Below, one piece after another: positions 12,051-24,378 of a DNA stretch of 64,000 nucleotides (positions within the stretch are counted from its first letter, which is position 1; each line of letters begins with the position of its first letter). Position numbers and translations under genes: made by a program. The notes beneath the pieces are model-generated. The model was not told the origin of the DNA and ran no database searches. It saw only the letters and a list, made by a program, of their open reading frames with translations. The stretch is from Squalus acanthias (Eukaryota): NCBI GenBank assembly GCA_030390025.1, contig CM059433.1, positions 31,746,001 to 31,810,000 of the forward strand, read 5' to 3'.

Positions 12051-13205
12051 ATTTTATACATGACAGGGAATCTAACCAAATGTGATGTCTGTTGGGTGAT
12101 TTAATTTGCATTAAATCATGGTCTATCATGTTGAGATTTGTCTATAAGGCATCTCAAGCAGATGAGATTCACTTTAGAATTCTTAATCCAATAAAGGAGA
12201 GAAAAGATGAGCATCTGGTACATATTTTTAGGACTTGAATAAACATAGCAGCTATACCTGAAGACTGGAGGATAGTAAATGCTATCCTAATATTTTTTTA
12301 AAAATAGACCTGCAAATTATAGGGTAATTAGCCAAATATCTGCAGGAGAAAAAAATGTACAACATTCATTGAAGAATCCTGCAAAGGCAACTGCACTTAT
12401 GTGAAAAACAGATCATTCAGCATGTTTTGAGAAGTAATACATAGAAACATAGGAACAGGAGTTGCCCAGCAGTCCTTCGAGCCTGTTCCGCCATTCATAT
12501 ATTCTATGTAAAATAAATCAGTTATACTTATGCCTAATCTCACTAGAGCACATTTAGTCCACCTTCCATAAAGCCAGAAGAATGCATGTGACAGCACATG
12601 AGAGATTATCTTATCCAGTACATGCAGCAAGAGGTCTATGTTATGATCTCTGGATCATAAAATCATACAGCACAAAAGGAGACCATTCGGCCCATTGTGC
12701 CTGTGCCGGCTCTTTGGTAGAGCTATCCAATTATTCCCACTCCCCCGCTCTTTCCCCATGGCCCTGTAAATATTTCCTTTTTCAGTATTTATCCAATTCC
12801 CTTTTGAAAGTTACTATTGAATCTGCTTCCACCACCCTTTCAGGCAGTGCATTCCAGATCAGCTGTGGCTCAGTGGGTAGCGCTCTCTAGGTGGGAGGGG
12901 CTAGGAGTAAGTAGGTGCTGCTGGTTGCCTGATTACTGCAGGGAGTTGGAGTGAGCTTGTAAAAAGTTGGTGTTTTTTTTTCAGGTTTTAGGGCCTTTTT
13001 GGCCCATAAACGACTGCTGAGGGGCGTGCCGGGCCCCTCAGAGGACAGTGTTCCCAAGGTGAATTTAATCAAGGGAGAAAATGTTGGCCGAAGGGAGAGA
13101 AAAAGGCCCAAAGATTTGGGCCGGGACTCCAGGAGGTTTGGAAAAGAAAAGACGGTTGTGGTTCAGCATGAGGATAAGGAGATATGAGCTTGGGATATTA
13201 TCCAG

Positions 13206-13901
13206 ATGGTACATGAGGACTGCGGTGAGGGAAGTTGCTTTGCCTGCCAACCAAAGCTGAATGTTGGATTCGAGGTGACGGTCAGTGACCGAGAGGAGGT
13301 GGAAAGACTTTTACTCAGTTTGAAGGTTGGCGATAAGTTCTTGGAGGTATCTCTGCTATATTCAGAAGAGGTGGTGGTCTCATTCTTAAACTTGCCAGTT
13401 TATATTGAGGACGTTGTGCTGATCAAAAAGTTGGAGTCGTGGGACATTAAAATTTGCTCGGCAATGAAGAGGAGATACTATCCAGGAACACGGGTAGCAG
13501 ATGGAACCCATTACGTAAAGGTGCGGTTCCCAGAGGGGGTGAAGTCATTGCCGTACAGCATAAAATTTGAGACAATGGAACGAGTGCAGTACTTCCGAGC
13601 ACTGCATGATAACCAAGTGAAGGTTTGTTATTATTGTCTTGGACACGACCATCTTGTAAGAAAATGTCCAGATTTGTACTGTTATAATTGCGGCGAGTCT
13701 GGACACATCGCTCGGAGCTGCAAGGTGGAGTACTGTGGGGTGTGTCACAAAGGCCCCACCCGCTGTGAGTGTGAGGCAGAAGGAAGCCCCTTGAGTGACG
13801 AGGAGATGGGAGAAGGAGCAGGAGGTGTAAGTGAAACAGCCAGAGGAGCGGAGCAGGTGGAGGACACAGCTAGTGAATTGAAGGAGAATAGAGCGCAGTA
13901 A
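13206..13901 (+). pseudogene. Tx1 ORF1 (gag-like zinc-knuckle protein), largest open segment
   Basis: RRYYPGTRVADGT..V.V.FP...KSLPYS; CYYCLGHDHLVRKC and CYNCGESGHIARSC (CX2CX4HX4C); premature stop followed by a Glu/Gly-rich tail to about 14680. Confidence 0.85.
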
Positions 13902-14725
13902 GAGGCAGAAAATTGCACAGCAGAGAACAGGATGGAGATGGTGGAATACACACCAAGTACAGTGGAAAAGGACAAAGACAGCAGACGGCAGCACAGGTCG
14001 AGGGCAAAGTTGAGCCATAATATGGTTCAGCTCTCCCTAAAGAATCTGGTGTCCACGGGGGGAGAGGAGGCGGGAGCAGGGTACGGGGTAAGTGTATGTA
14101 CTCCAAAGAAAGACGAGGAGTCGGACATCTCGGTGAGCAGGAGGGGGCAAGACAAGGAGAGGGGGTAAGAGGCAGGAGCCTTAAAGGGGCAGCAGGACGG
14201 GAGCGGGGAGACACAGACACCAGAAGGGAGCAATATTGGTGTGCCATTGTCCCAGAGAGAGAAGGATCAGGGCGCAAGGGTCAGCGGTGGAGATGAGGCC
14301 TAAGGGAGCGGCACTGTTGGAGAAAGCGCGATAGCAGGAAGACTCGCTATGGGAGATGATGTATCTGACGGGGAGCAGGATTATATATCTGACGGGGAGC
14401 AGGAACAGAAGGTTATAGAAGAGCTCAAGGGTGAGGAATCAGAGGGGGACGGAGACATGGAAATGGGGGGTGGGGTGGCATCGTGTGGAAAGTGAAAGGT
14501 TAGTGAGGGGCCGAAGGAGGGAGAAGAGGCAGCTCCTCGGCCCAAACCTAATGCAAGGAAGAGGCTGAAACAGCAGGAAAGGTTCAAACAGGAGGTGAAA
14601 AAGAGCCGGAGGCTGCAGGAAAAAGCAACAGCTGCCCGAAAAGTTGGGAAGGAGCATGAGAGGAGGGAAGGGCCAGAGATTAAATGATGGGGAGATTATC
14701 AGGCACACTTCCCTTATTCGGAGCC

Positions 14726-17700
14726 ATGATTACATTGTTCTCGATTAATGTGAACGGACTGAGGGGTGAGAAGAAATTGCAGCAGATGTTGCAGTGTTTT
14801 AAAGGCACTGACTTGTTGTGTCTGCAAGAAACCTTTTGGGATGAAGATATCCTAGAAACAGTTCAGAAGGTTTGGAAGGGAGAGGTGATTGCAAGTTGTG
14901 CAAACAATAACCGTAGAGGGGTGGCTGTTTTGGTGAGTCTGTCCATAAAAGAGAACGTTGCCTTGGTGGACAAGGACACTGAGGGGAGATTTTTACGGCT
15001 AAAGGTAAAAATGGAGGAATTTAATTGCGATCTCTTTAATATCTATGCACCGAACGACCATTGCAAGCGTCGCAAGTATTATCAGTGGTTATTCACTGAA
15101 GTGGCAGAAGTGGAAAACCCTTGTATACTGGGGGATTTTAATGTATTTTTATCTCAGATGGACAAATTCAACCCAGATGACCTTTAAGGATGATAAGTCC
15201 AGAGAGATGATTGCAAAAATGATGGCAAATTTAAATTTGAGAGACTTATGGAGGGATCGGAACCCCATAAAAAGGGAGTTCTCCAGAACAGGTTGGGTGG
15301 GTGATGTTTTAAAACAGAGCCGAATAGATTTTGTGTTAATGCGGGAAGGGTTAAGTTCTGAGGTGATGGAGATTTATTATAAAAAAGTATTTTTTAGTGA
15401 CCACTCGGCTTTGGTTCTTAGAATTAGGAACAGCAGAGTTAAAATCGGTTCAGGGTTGTGGAGTTTAAACAATCAGTACCTGAAAGAAATTGCTTATAAA
15501 GAAGAGATTTTAAATATAATAAAGAATGCTCGGAAGGAACCTTTGTTCTTGAAAGAAAGAAGAGTTTGGTGGGACAATTTCAAATATGAGGTAAAAGTTT
15601 TTTCGGTACGTTATGGGAAAGAGAGAGCGGCAGCTAATCGGCGTGGAGAAGAGAATATAAGCAAGGGGGGGAAAATTCGGTTGCTTTGCGCCTCCCGTTA
15701 GCGCTAATGGGGCGCAAAGCAACTGGCGCCCGGGCACGGCGATGTTTGCACCGTTCGCGCAACTGACCAGACATTTTGCGGTGGCGCTGAACACTACCCC
15801 CACGATCTCCTGCGCCCGCAGATCGTGACGTCAGTCGAGCATGCAATGCCCCGGTAGCGCCCCGGACCGGATATTGAGTGGCGCCCCCTGCCTTACCGCC
15901 AGCCGTTAGCAACGACAGGTTGAGGGGAGCATTTTGCAGTCGGGAAGGGACTGGGGGAGTGCTATTTAAAGGCGACCGCTTCCTGCCTTGTTTTGTTGGC
16001 AACATATTTGCACCACGCATTCTGAGAGACTTCTGGAGAGATTCAATGCTGTGTGAAGGAGTTTTTGGTACTGAGCAGCACTTTGCAGGTTCATTTTGAT
16101 TTGACCTTCCTTGCATCGATTTAGAAGAGACTTTGGGGGCTGCACTCTGAGCTCTTTCCCTGGGCCTCTCCATTATTCTTTCCAGCAGATTTGATGTACA
16201 GGTCTCTCCAGGCCGAGATTCAAGGCTGCAATGAGCAGTGTGTGGATGGAGAGCAATATCAACCCTCCCCTTTTAAGAACTGGCTGGCGCCATTGTGTCT
16301 GTGTTCCATTGCTGACTGACATCACATGAGCTTCGCCAGCGCTCTGTGGTAGCACCTCGCTCCTCGGCCTTTACACCTTAAGACAGGTGTGTAGCACCTG
16401 ATTTAGCGCTCCAATCACCTCCAGGGGCGATAAAGGCCAAGTTTGCAGTCGGAGGCGATAATTAGTGCCAGGCGCTAAACTTTGCGCCCGGCCGATAATT
16501 GCGCCCCAAACGAGGCGATATCGAATTTCTCCGAAGGTTTATGGATGTCTGTAAAGCATTTGATGGAGGGGATAAGGGAGCTGTGGCTAAGTTCCGGGTT
16601 TTAAAGGAAGAGTGGGAATTATTGCAAGCTGAAAAATGCAAGGGGGCCATTCTCCGTGCAAAGGCTAAAGATGCATTGGAGGCCGAAAGATGCACTAGAT
16701 ATTTTCTAGAGCAAGAGAAGCTGCAACAGAGATTATCATTAATTGGAGAGTTGAAGGTTGGGGAGAAGATCATTAATGAAAGTGGGGAGATTTTAGAGGC
16801 GGCTAGCAGCTTTTATCAAGAGTTATATACAAAAGAAGACATTTCCAAATTGGCGATGAAGAAGGTTAGTGCTTTTATTGAGGAGGGTTTAAAGGAGGAT
16901 GAGAGAAGCATGTGTGACAAAGAAGTACGATTAGTGGAAATAAAAGTAGCAATAAGTGGAATGATGGGGGCGGTGGGGGGGGGGGGGGGGAAAGCCCAGG
17001 GTCCGATGGAGTAAGTGTAGAATTTTATAAAGAATTTTTTGAGATTTTAAGTCCATTGCTCTTAGAGGTTTTTAAGGAGATTAAAATTGAGGGAAGCCTG
17101 GCCCCATCTATGAGGAGAGGTGTCATAAGCTTAGCTTATAAAAATAAAGGGGATAGAAGGGATCTGAAGAATTGGAGGCCCATCACATTATTAAATGTGG
17201 ATTATAAGATCTTGGCGAGGGTTATGGCAAATCATATGAAGGAGGTGTTGCCATAGATAGTTTTGCCCTCTCAGTCCTATGGAGTCATAGGCTGGGACAT
17301 CGCAGACTCTGTGGTCTCAATCTGAGATGCGTTAGAGCTCATGGAAGAGAGTGGGAGGGGGGTTTATATGTTAAAGATAGATCAAGAGAAAGCCTTTGAT
17401 AGGGTCTCTCATGAGTTTTTATTGATAATTTTGGAAGCATTTGGTTTCGGGGAAAATTTCATTGAGTGGATAAGGATTTTTTTATTCAAACATATTTAGC
17501 TGTGTTAAATGTAATGGTTTTTTATCCAAGTATTTTCCGATACAGAGGTCAGTGAGACAGGGTTGTCCCCTGTCCCCATTGTTGTACACATTGGTAGCAG
17601 AACCATGAGGTTACATGATGCGAAAGAAACAAGGTGTAGTTGGTATTGTGGTTCCCAATTCCGGGCTGGTGTCGGTGATACATCAATATGCAGATGACAC

Positions 17701-19516
17701 AACCTTAACATTGAGAAATGGAGAGTCAGTGAGGAAAGCTATCGACGTAGTGGAGGGGTATTGTAGAGCTTCAGGAGCCAGAGTGAATTATAGTAAGTCC
17801 CAATGCCATTTGCAGGAAGGGTAGGGGGGAATGGTTGGAGGAAAGCCCCTTTAAGATGGTGGAGGTTTTGGAAGTTCTGGGGGTGCATATGGGGTGCAAG
17901 AAAGACAGGGATGAAGTGGATCGATTAAATTGGGAACCAAAGGTTCTGAAAATTAAAAAGATTTTGGGAAGATGGGAAAGAAGGTGGTTGAAAGTGCAAG
18001 GAAGAGTGACAGTGGTGTCCGCTCTCCTACTATCTTATTGACGGTGGAGGATATTCCTGAGTGGGCAGAAAAGTCCATCCGAGAGGCTTGTGTGAGGTTT
18101 TTATGGGAAGGGAAACCATCCTTGGTTGCTTACAATACCATCATTGGACGGAGAAATCAGGGAGGACTCAATTTCCCAGATATTGATTTGAAGAAAAAAT
18201 CCTTTAGAATCAAATGGGTGAAGAGATTTCTTCAGAAGTCAAATACAAGTTTTTGGAAGAGTTGTTTTGAGCAATTTTTTAAACGAAGTGCGTTAGGAGG
18301 GCAGGGGATATTGTATTTGGAATACAATAATATGTTTTTGAAATCGATTAAACCTCTCCCCAGGTTTTATAAGGGGGTTGTAGAGACTTGGGCCCAATTT
18401 TTAAAGTGTGCAGTTTATGCCCAAGGGTGCTGAGGAATTTTTAGAACAGTCCTTATTTTTGAACAGGTGGGTCAACATTGAAGGAGAGGTATTATTTAAT
18501 CAAGCTTTTATAAAAGCTGGTATTATACGTGTGAAAGATGTATTATATGAGGTAATTCCAGGTTGGTGGCCGGAAGTGATAGTGAGGGACATGGTGTGGG
18601 AGGAGGATCAGGAGGTAGAGGAAAAAACAATTATGATCATGTATGAGAAGATTGTGAGGGCAATGCCACAGGATTGGATGGAAGAAATAAATGCGGAAAT
18701 CTCCAAAGGAAGTAAAATGTGTCCCGCTTTTCCAAGCTTTCTGCTGGAGAAAGGGAGAGAGTTGGTCCAATTTGACAACTGTAATACTCGAGATTATTAT
18801 GAGGTATTTAGAGAATGGAGATTCAAGACACCTGCTGGTCAGGAGTTTTGGCAGAGTATATATCCACAGCTGGGCTTCAACAGGATTTGGAAGGGAGTGT
18901 GGGCGAATTTTAAATGTCCTGAGTGGATTGAACTGGATTTCAAATTGGCTCATATCTGGATTTTTACCATGACGGTCTTGTGTAAGATTGGTCGTGTGGA
19001 GGGGGCAACTTGCCCAGTGTGTGGGACACGGAATGAGACTCTGTCCCATTTATTGGTGTTATGTCTGCAGTTAAATGATTTTAAGTACTATGTTCGACAG
19101 TTGTGAGTTTTTTTTGCTGGGTGGGGACCGAAGAGCGAGAATGGGAATCCCGTGGGACTCAATTTTGAGATGGGGATTGCAGGAGAGTCTGACGGAGTCT
19201 AGCGGAGCGGCAATTAATTTAATGTTTAGTTTGGCTAGATTTGTGATTGTGCAAAGAAGGAATGCTGTGTTTTTTTAAGGGGAGGAGAATCAATCTAAAA
19301 GAGTATTTTAGATATAAGCTAAAAGATCATTATAAGGCTCTGTGGATGTTTTATTCAGAAAGGAATTTAAAGATAGTGTTTTACGATCAATTTTTAAAGT
19401 ACAATCGATTAATATATGCTACGGGAGACAAATTAAACCAGGTTTTGATGTTAATATGGGGTGGAGGAATGGCTGTGCAGAGCGGTGGAATAGATTTGAA
19501 TGATCCAATGGAATGA
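14726..19516 (+). pseudogene. Tx1 ORF2 (APE endonuclease, RT, C-terminal Cys-His motif) with frameshifts, stops and a MITE insertion
   Basis: SINVNGL, LQET, NIYAPN, LGDFN, SRIDF, SDH; KNWRPITLLNVDYKILA, DQEKAFDRV, QYADD; CPVCGTRNETLSHLLVLC. Confidence 0.9.
15666..16533 (-). mobile_element. Harbinger-derived MITE family A, inserted in Tx1 ORF2 (TSD probably AAG)
   Basis: Colinear in reverse with 35273-36167; TIR GGGGG.AAATTC; Tx1 ORF2 resumes on both sides. Confidence 0.85.
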
Positions 19517-20939
19517 TCACGATGTTGTAAATGTTCTTAATGTTCAATAAATGATATAATTTTAAAAAAGTGGGTAGCACACTTGCTTCTGAGTCAGAAG
19601 GTTGTGGGTTCAAGTCCTACTTGAGAGACTTGAGCACATAAATCTAGGCTGACAGTGCATTGCTGAGGGAGTGCTGCACTGTCGGAGTGTGCCATCTTTC
19701 AGATGAGACATTAAACCGAGGCCCCGTCTGCTCTCTCAGCTGGATGTAAAAGATCCCATTTCGAAGAAGAGCAGAGGAGTTATCCCCAGTGTCCTGGCCA
19801 ATATTTATCCCTCAATCAACATCACTAAAAAACAGATTATCTGGTCATTATCACATTGCTGTTTGTGGGATCTTGCTGTGCGCAAAATTGGCTGCTGCAT
19901 TTCCCACATTACAACAGTGACTACACTCTAAAAGTACTTAATTGGCTGTAAAGCGCTTTGAGACGTCTGGTGGTCGTGAAAGGCGCTATATAAATGTAAG
20001 TCTTTCTTTATCATTACAACGCGGAGTGAAATAAATTTCTCCTCATCTCACCTCCAGTTCTTTTGTCAATTACCTTAAATCTTTGTCCTCTGATTATTGA
20101 CCCTCCTGCCAGTGGAAACAGTTTCTCCCTATCTACTCAATCAAACCCCTCATAACTTTGAACACCTCTAGTATATCTTCCCTTAAACATCTCTGCTCTA
20201 AGAATAACAATTCCAGCTTCTCCAGTTCTCCACATAACTGAAGTCCCTCATCCCTGGTACCATTCTAGTAAATCTCTTCTGCACCCTCTCCAAGGCCTTG
20301 ACATCCTTCCTAAAGTGTGGTTCTCAGAATTTGAGACAATACTGAGGCCTAACCAGTGATTTATAAAGATTTAGCATAACTTTCTTGCTTTTGTACTCTG
20401 TGCCTCTATTTATAAAGCCAAGCTTTTTTTAACAGTCTTATTAACTTGTCCAGCTACTTTCAAAGATTTGTGTATGTGATCCCCCAAGTCTCTCTGTTCC
20501 TCCACTCCCTTTAAATTGTACCATTTAGTTTATTCTGCCTCTTTCATTTTTACTTCCAAAATACATCACTTCACACTTCGCTGCATTATATTTGATTTGT
20601 CATGTGTCTGCCCATTTCACCAGTCCTGAAGTCTGCTCCCCTCCTCCATACTGTTTACTACATTTAGAAGCTTTGTGTCATCTGCAAACTTTGAAATTAT
20701 GCCCTGTATACCCAAGTCCAGATCATTAATATATATCAAAAAAAGCAGTGGTCCTAATACTGATCCCTGCGGGAACACCACTCTATACTTCCCTCCAGTC
20801 TGATAAACAACTGTTCACCACTACTCCCTGCTTTCAGTCTATTATTGGGTTTTTCCATCTCCCTTTTTTGAACAGGGGTGTATAACATTTTCACCCATCC
20901 AGTTCTTTGTCACCACTCCCATATCCAAGGAGGATTTAT

Positions 20940-21185
20940 TGGTTCCCTCATTACCCAATTTACTTGCACCCTATACTAATTCCCCCATTTACTGCTGCCC
21001 TCCCTCCAATCGCCCCATTTATTGGTGCTCACCTCCCAATTCCCCCTAGTGCCCACCCCCAATTCCCTTACTTACTGGTGCTCTCCATTTCCCCCTATTG
21101 GAGCCCTTCTCTAATTTCCCCTTTTACTAGTGCCCTCACCCAGTTCCTCCATTTACTAGTGCCCTCCTGTAATTCCCCCATTTCA
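20940..21185. repeat. Degenerate minisatellite, unit about 28-30 bp (ccctcccaattcccccatttactggtg-like)
   Basis: About 8 imperfect copies containing aattccccc and tttactrgtg. Confidence 0.65.
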
Positions 21186-22393
21186 TGCTAGATATTGGGC
21201 AGTGTAGGAGCACTCCAGATCACATGGGACATGACGACCGCCTATTAGAATGAGTATTGGTGCTGAATATGAAGAATGCCTTGTGTAGACCTGTGAAATT
21301 TGTAACACCAACCATTGCCCTTCTGAGATTTGTTAATTCAGCAGTCATCACAATCAGAACTGGGACTTTTTTTCCCTAATCCATATCATTCAACTGTTGA
21401 CTAAATAAACTCACTTAGCCATTACAGTAGCTGATAAAAGTTCCCGCCTAAAGGTCAGTGATGACAAGAGCTCCACAGGGGTCTGTTCAAGATGCCCTGC
21501 TGTTCACACTAGTCACAAATGTTTTGAAGGAAAGTTTTAGAAATATTGAAAATTGAACAGATGGCACTAAGCTATACGACAGGTTGTTGATGACATTCAA
21601 GAATCTGAATCAGTTAAGTATTTAAGTTAAGAAAAGGCAGATGAATTTTGACATGATTGAATGCAATAGTAAATATGAAACATGTAGATATGTGAACAGG
21701 TGTCCAATAGCAAAGACAGGAATGAATAAAAAGGGTTTTCTGTGTGGTTGCTCATCATTCCCTTAAGATTGCTAGACAATGCAATGTCGTTATCAACACA
21801 GCTACTGGGATCCAGATTGAGCTCATTTAATTTAAAGTTTAAAATCATAAAGAACATTGGTGAGAGCAGATTTGTAATTCTGGGCATTCATTCCTTCAAA
21901 GGTGCACCGAGGTGTTGCTGGTGAGTGTTCAGGAAATACTGGGAAGGATGATTGTGGGAAATGGAGCTCAAAGTGGAGGAGAAACGCTGACAGTTGAATA
22001 TCATTTCAGTGGTAATTAAGATTAAAGGGGAACAAGATCCAGGTTTTTAAAACGCTGACAGGCATAAATAAATTGCTTCAGTTCGTAACATAATCCTTCA
22101 GGTATGAAGGAAGTCTCCTGTTGCTTGGTGGATTCGGCTGAATTAGAATATAATCGCTCAGACCAGGAAGCCGACACTTATTAAGCTACTCAGTAACATG
22201 CAGTGCAAACTCATTCCCATCATCCTCGCTATCACATCACATTGCGCTTAATGAGGTACATTCTATGATCTTTTTGCCACTCAAAGTTGATCCCTTCTTG
22301 TACGTTTGAGGTGCGAATGGAGGCCACAGTTTTCGTGCTCATAGTTTTTCTTCAGTAGTATTCTCCTTTCTTGATCTCTGATTTGAACATGTA

Positions 22394-22862
22394 TCAGCTG
22401 TGGCTCAGTGGGTAGCACTCTCACCTCTAAGTCATAAGTTTGTGGGTTCAAAGTCCCACTCCAGAGACTTGAGCATAAAAATCTAGGCTGACACTTCAGT
22501 GCAGTGCTGAGGGAGTGCTGCACTATTGGAGGTGCTGTCTTTCAGATGAGACGTTAAACCGAGGCCCCGTCTGCTCTCTCAGGTGGACGTAAAAGATCCC
22601 ATGGTACTATTTCGAAAAAGAGCATGGGAGTTATCCCCAGTGTCCTGGGGCCCAATATTTATCCCTCAACCAACATAAAAAAAACCAGATTATCTGGCCA
22701 TTATCACGTTGCTGTTTGTGGGAGCTTACTGTGCACGATTGGCTGCTGCGTTTCCTACATTACAACAGTGACCACACTTCAAAAAGTACTTCATTGGCTA
22801 TAAAGCACTTTGGAATGTCCTGAAGTTGTGAAAGGCGTGATATAAATGCAAGTTCTTTCTTT
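22394..22862 (+). mobile_element. Complete DeuSINE (SacSINE1-like)
   Basis: tRNA-like head with A/B boxes, Deu core gagacgttaaaccgaggccccgtctgctctctcaggtggacgtaaaagatcccatgg, L2-type tail. Confidence 0.88.
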
Positions 22863-23136
22863 CCTGATCAGTGCAGTCCCTTCAGCTCCCTTTCCTCTGG
22901 ATCTGCATACTTAGCTTGTCTATGGTGAAGTGATTCTGGTTCCTCCACTGAGCATGGCTGTGGCAAGTGTTTTAATCACACACAGTGCTTTCTCATACAC
23001 TTCCTCAGTTCTTGCTTCCACCACTTTACTTCAATTTGAGCTGTGTGGAATGTCTTTTGAAGCTTTCTCGTGAATCCCCCTCCTCCTGGCTCCTGGATAA
23101 TATAGACTTATCATCCTGTGACAAAATCCATAATAT

Positions 23137-23410
23137 ACATCGAATTACATAGAACTTACAGCACAGGAACAGGCCATTCGGCCCAACTAGTCTATGCCGG
23201 TGTTCATGCTCCACAGGAGCCTCCTCCCAACCTACTTCATCTACCCCTTTCAGCGTATCCTTCTATTCCTTTACCCCTCGTGTACTTATCTAGCTTCCCC
23301 TTAAATGCAACTATACTATTTGCCTCAACTATTCGATGTGGTAGCGAGTTCCACATTCGAGCCACTCTCTGGGTAAAGACATTTCTCCTGAATTCCTTAT
23401 TGGATTTAAG
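23137..23410 (-). mobile_element. CR1-type LINE 3' end
   Basis: Reverse complement of the tail seen at 25640-25880. Confidence 0.8.
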
Positions 23411-23974
23411 TACAATAGAATTCAGTTAATACGATTGATCGATCCAGAAAACAACACAAGCTGAGCACTATAGCACAAGAGAAGTACCCCTCATTGCTCC
23501 AGCCCCTCACAATCTCAAATGTGTCTTTAGCTCCTTCATAAAATTCTGTTTAAAAGTTTATAAGCTGAGAAAAGGTATAGATTTAAAGAACAACTCAAGA
23601 TGTCCCATCTGACATGATAAGACACTACAACGCAGAAGGAATCAAAACCCACGGGCCACAATCCTGCAGGCTATGCCGGGGTCACGCTTACAGGTTAGGT
23701 CCAGCGCTGACCCTGCTGGAGGTCACAGGGTCAATGGGAGGACACTTCACTTACATGGGGCTGGCAGGCCCTCGCTCCACCATGGGCACATTCCCAGTGC
23801 CCACCTGCCCCATCTGGCTGAGAAATTCCCTGCTTGCCCATCACCAATGTGTGGGAGGGTGCCCAGTCACCTCACCACCCCACACCCCCCTTGCCCAGAA
23901 ACCCCAGCCATCACTTTTTTTATTGCAGAAAATCTTCTTTCTTTGGGGCTCAAGTTGCTCCTTTGCCATGTCCT

Positions 23975-24378
23975 CAACATTCCAAAGCGCTTTACAGCCA
24001 ATTTAATACTTTTGAAGTGTAGTCACTGTTGTACTGTAGAGAAATGTGGACAGCAATTTGCCCACTGCAAGGTCCCACAAACAGCAATGAGATAATGACC
24101 AGATAATCTGTTGTAGTGATGTTGGTTGAGGGATAAATATTAGTCAGAACATCGGGGAAAACACCCCACTTTTCTTTGAATAGTTCCATGGGATCTTTTG
24201 CTTCTACCTGAGAGAGCAGATGGGGCCTCGGGTTAACATCTCATCCAAAAAGATGGCACATCCGACAGTGCAACGCTCCTTCAGTGCTACACTGTCAGCC
24301 TTGATTATGTGCTCCTTTCTCTGGAGAGGGATTTGAACCCTTCTGACTCAAAGATGAAAATGCTACCCACTGAGACAC
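23975..24378 (-). mobile_element. DeuSINE, diverged copy
   Basis: Reverse complement of 22394-22862. Confidence 0.8.

Larger units (their letters stand above)
12882..19568 (+). mobile_element. Near full-length Tx1-clade LINE, decayed, with a TSD of at least 10 bp (AGTGGGTAGC)
   Basis: Gag-like ORF1 with CCHC knuckles; APE-RT-zinc-finger ORF2 in fragments; AATAAA at 19546 and short A tail; duplication at 12872-12881 and 19569-19578. Confidence 0.9.
12859..20008 (+). mobile_element. DeuSINE split in its A-box by the Tx1 element (head 12859-12881, body 19569-20008)
   Basis: The two parts join into a copy colinear with the intact SINE at 22394-22862. Confidence 0.88.
12653..20935 (-). mobile_element. 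CR1-type LINE 3' portion split by a nested SINE/Tx1 insertion (pieces about 12653-12860 and 20010-20935)
   Basis: Reverse-complement CR1 tail at 12653 continues at about 20010 (cattccagatc|...|atcattacaac) into RT sequence (rc of TTTGCAGATGACAC, FADD). Confidence 0.8.

Noticed and set aside
20940..21185. CRISPR-like spaced repeats
   Set aside because: Units are contiguous and degenerate with no unique spacers; vertebrate context and no cas genes
22394..22465. tRNA-like sequences with A/B boxes (also at 9834, 48300, 55255 and 62415)
   Set aside because: They continue into SINE bodies or LINE tails and lack a clean cloverleaf, so they are SINE heads rather than tRNA genes
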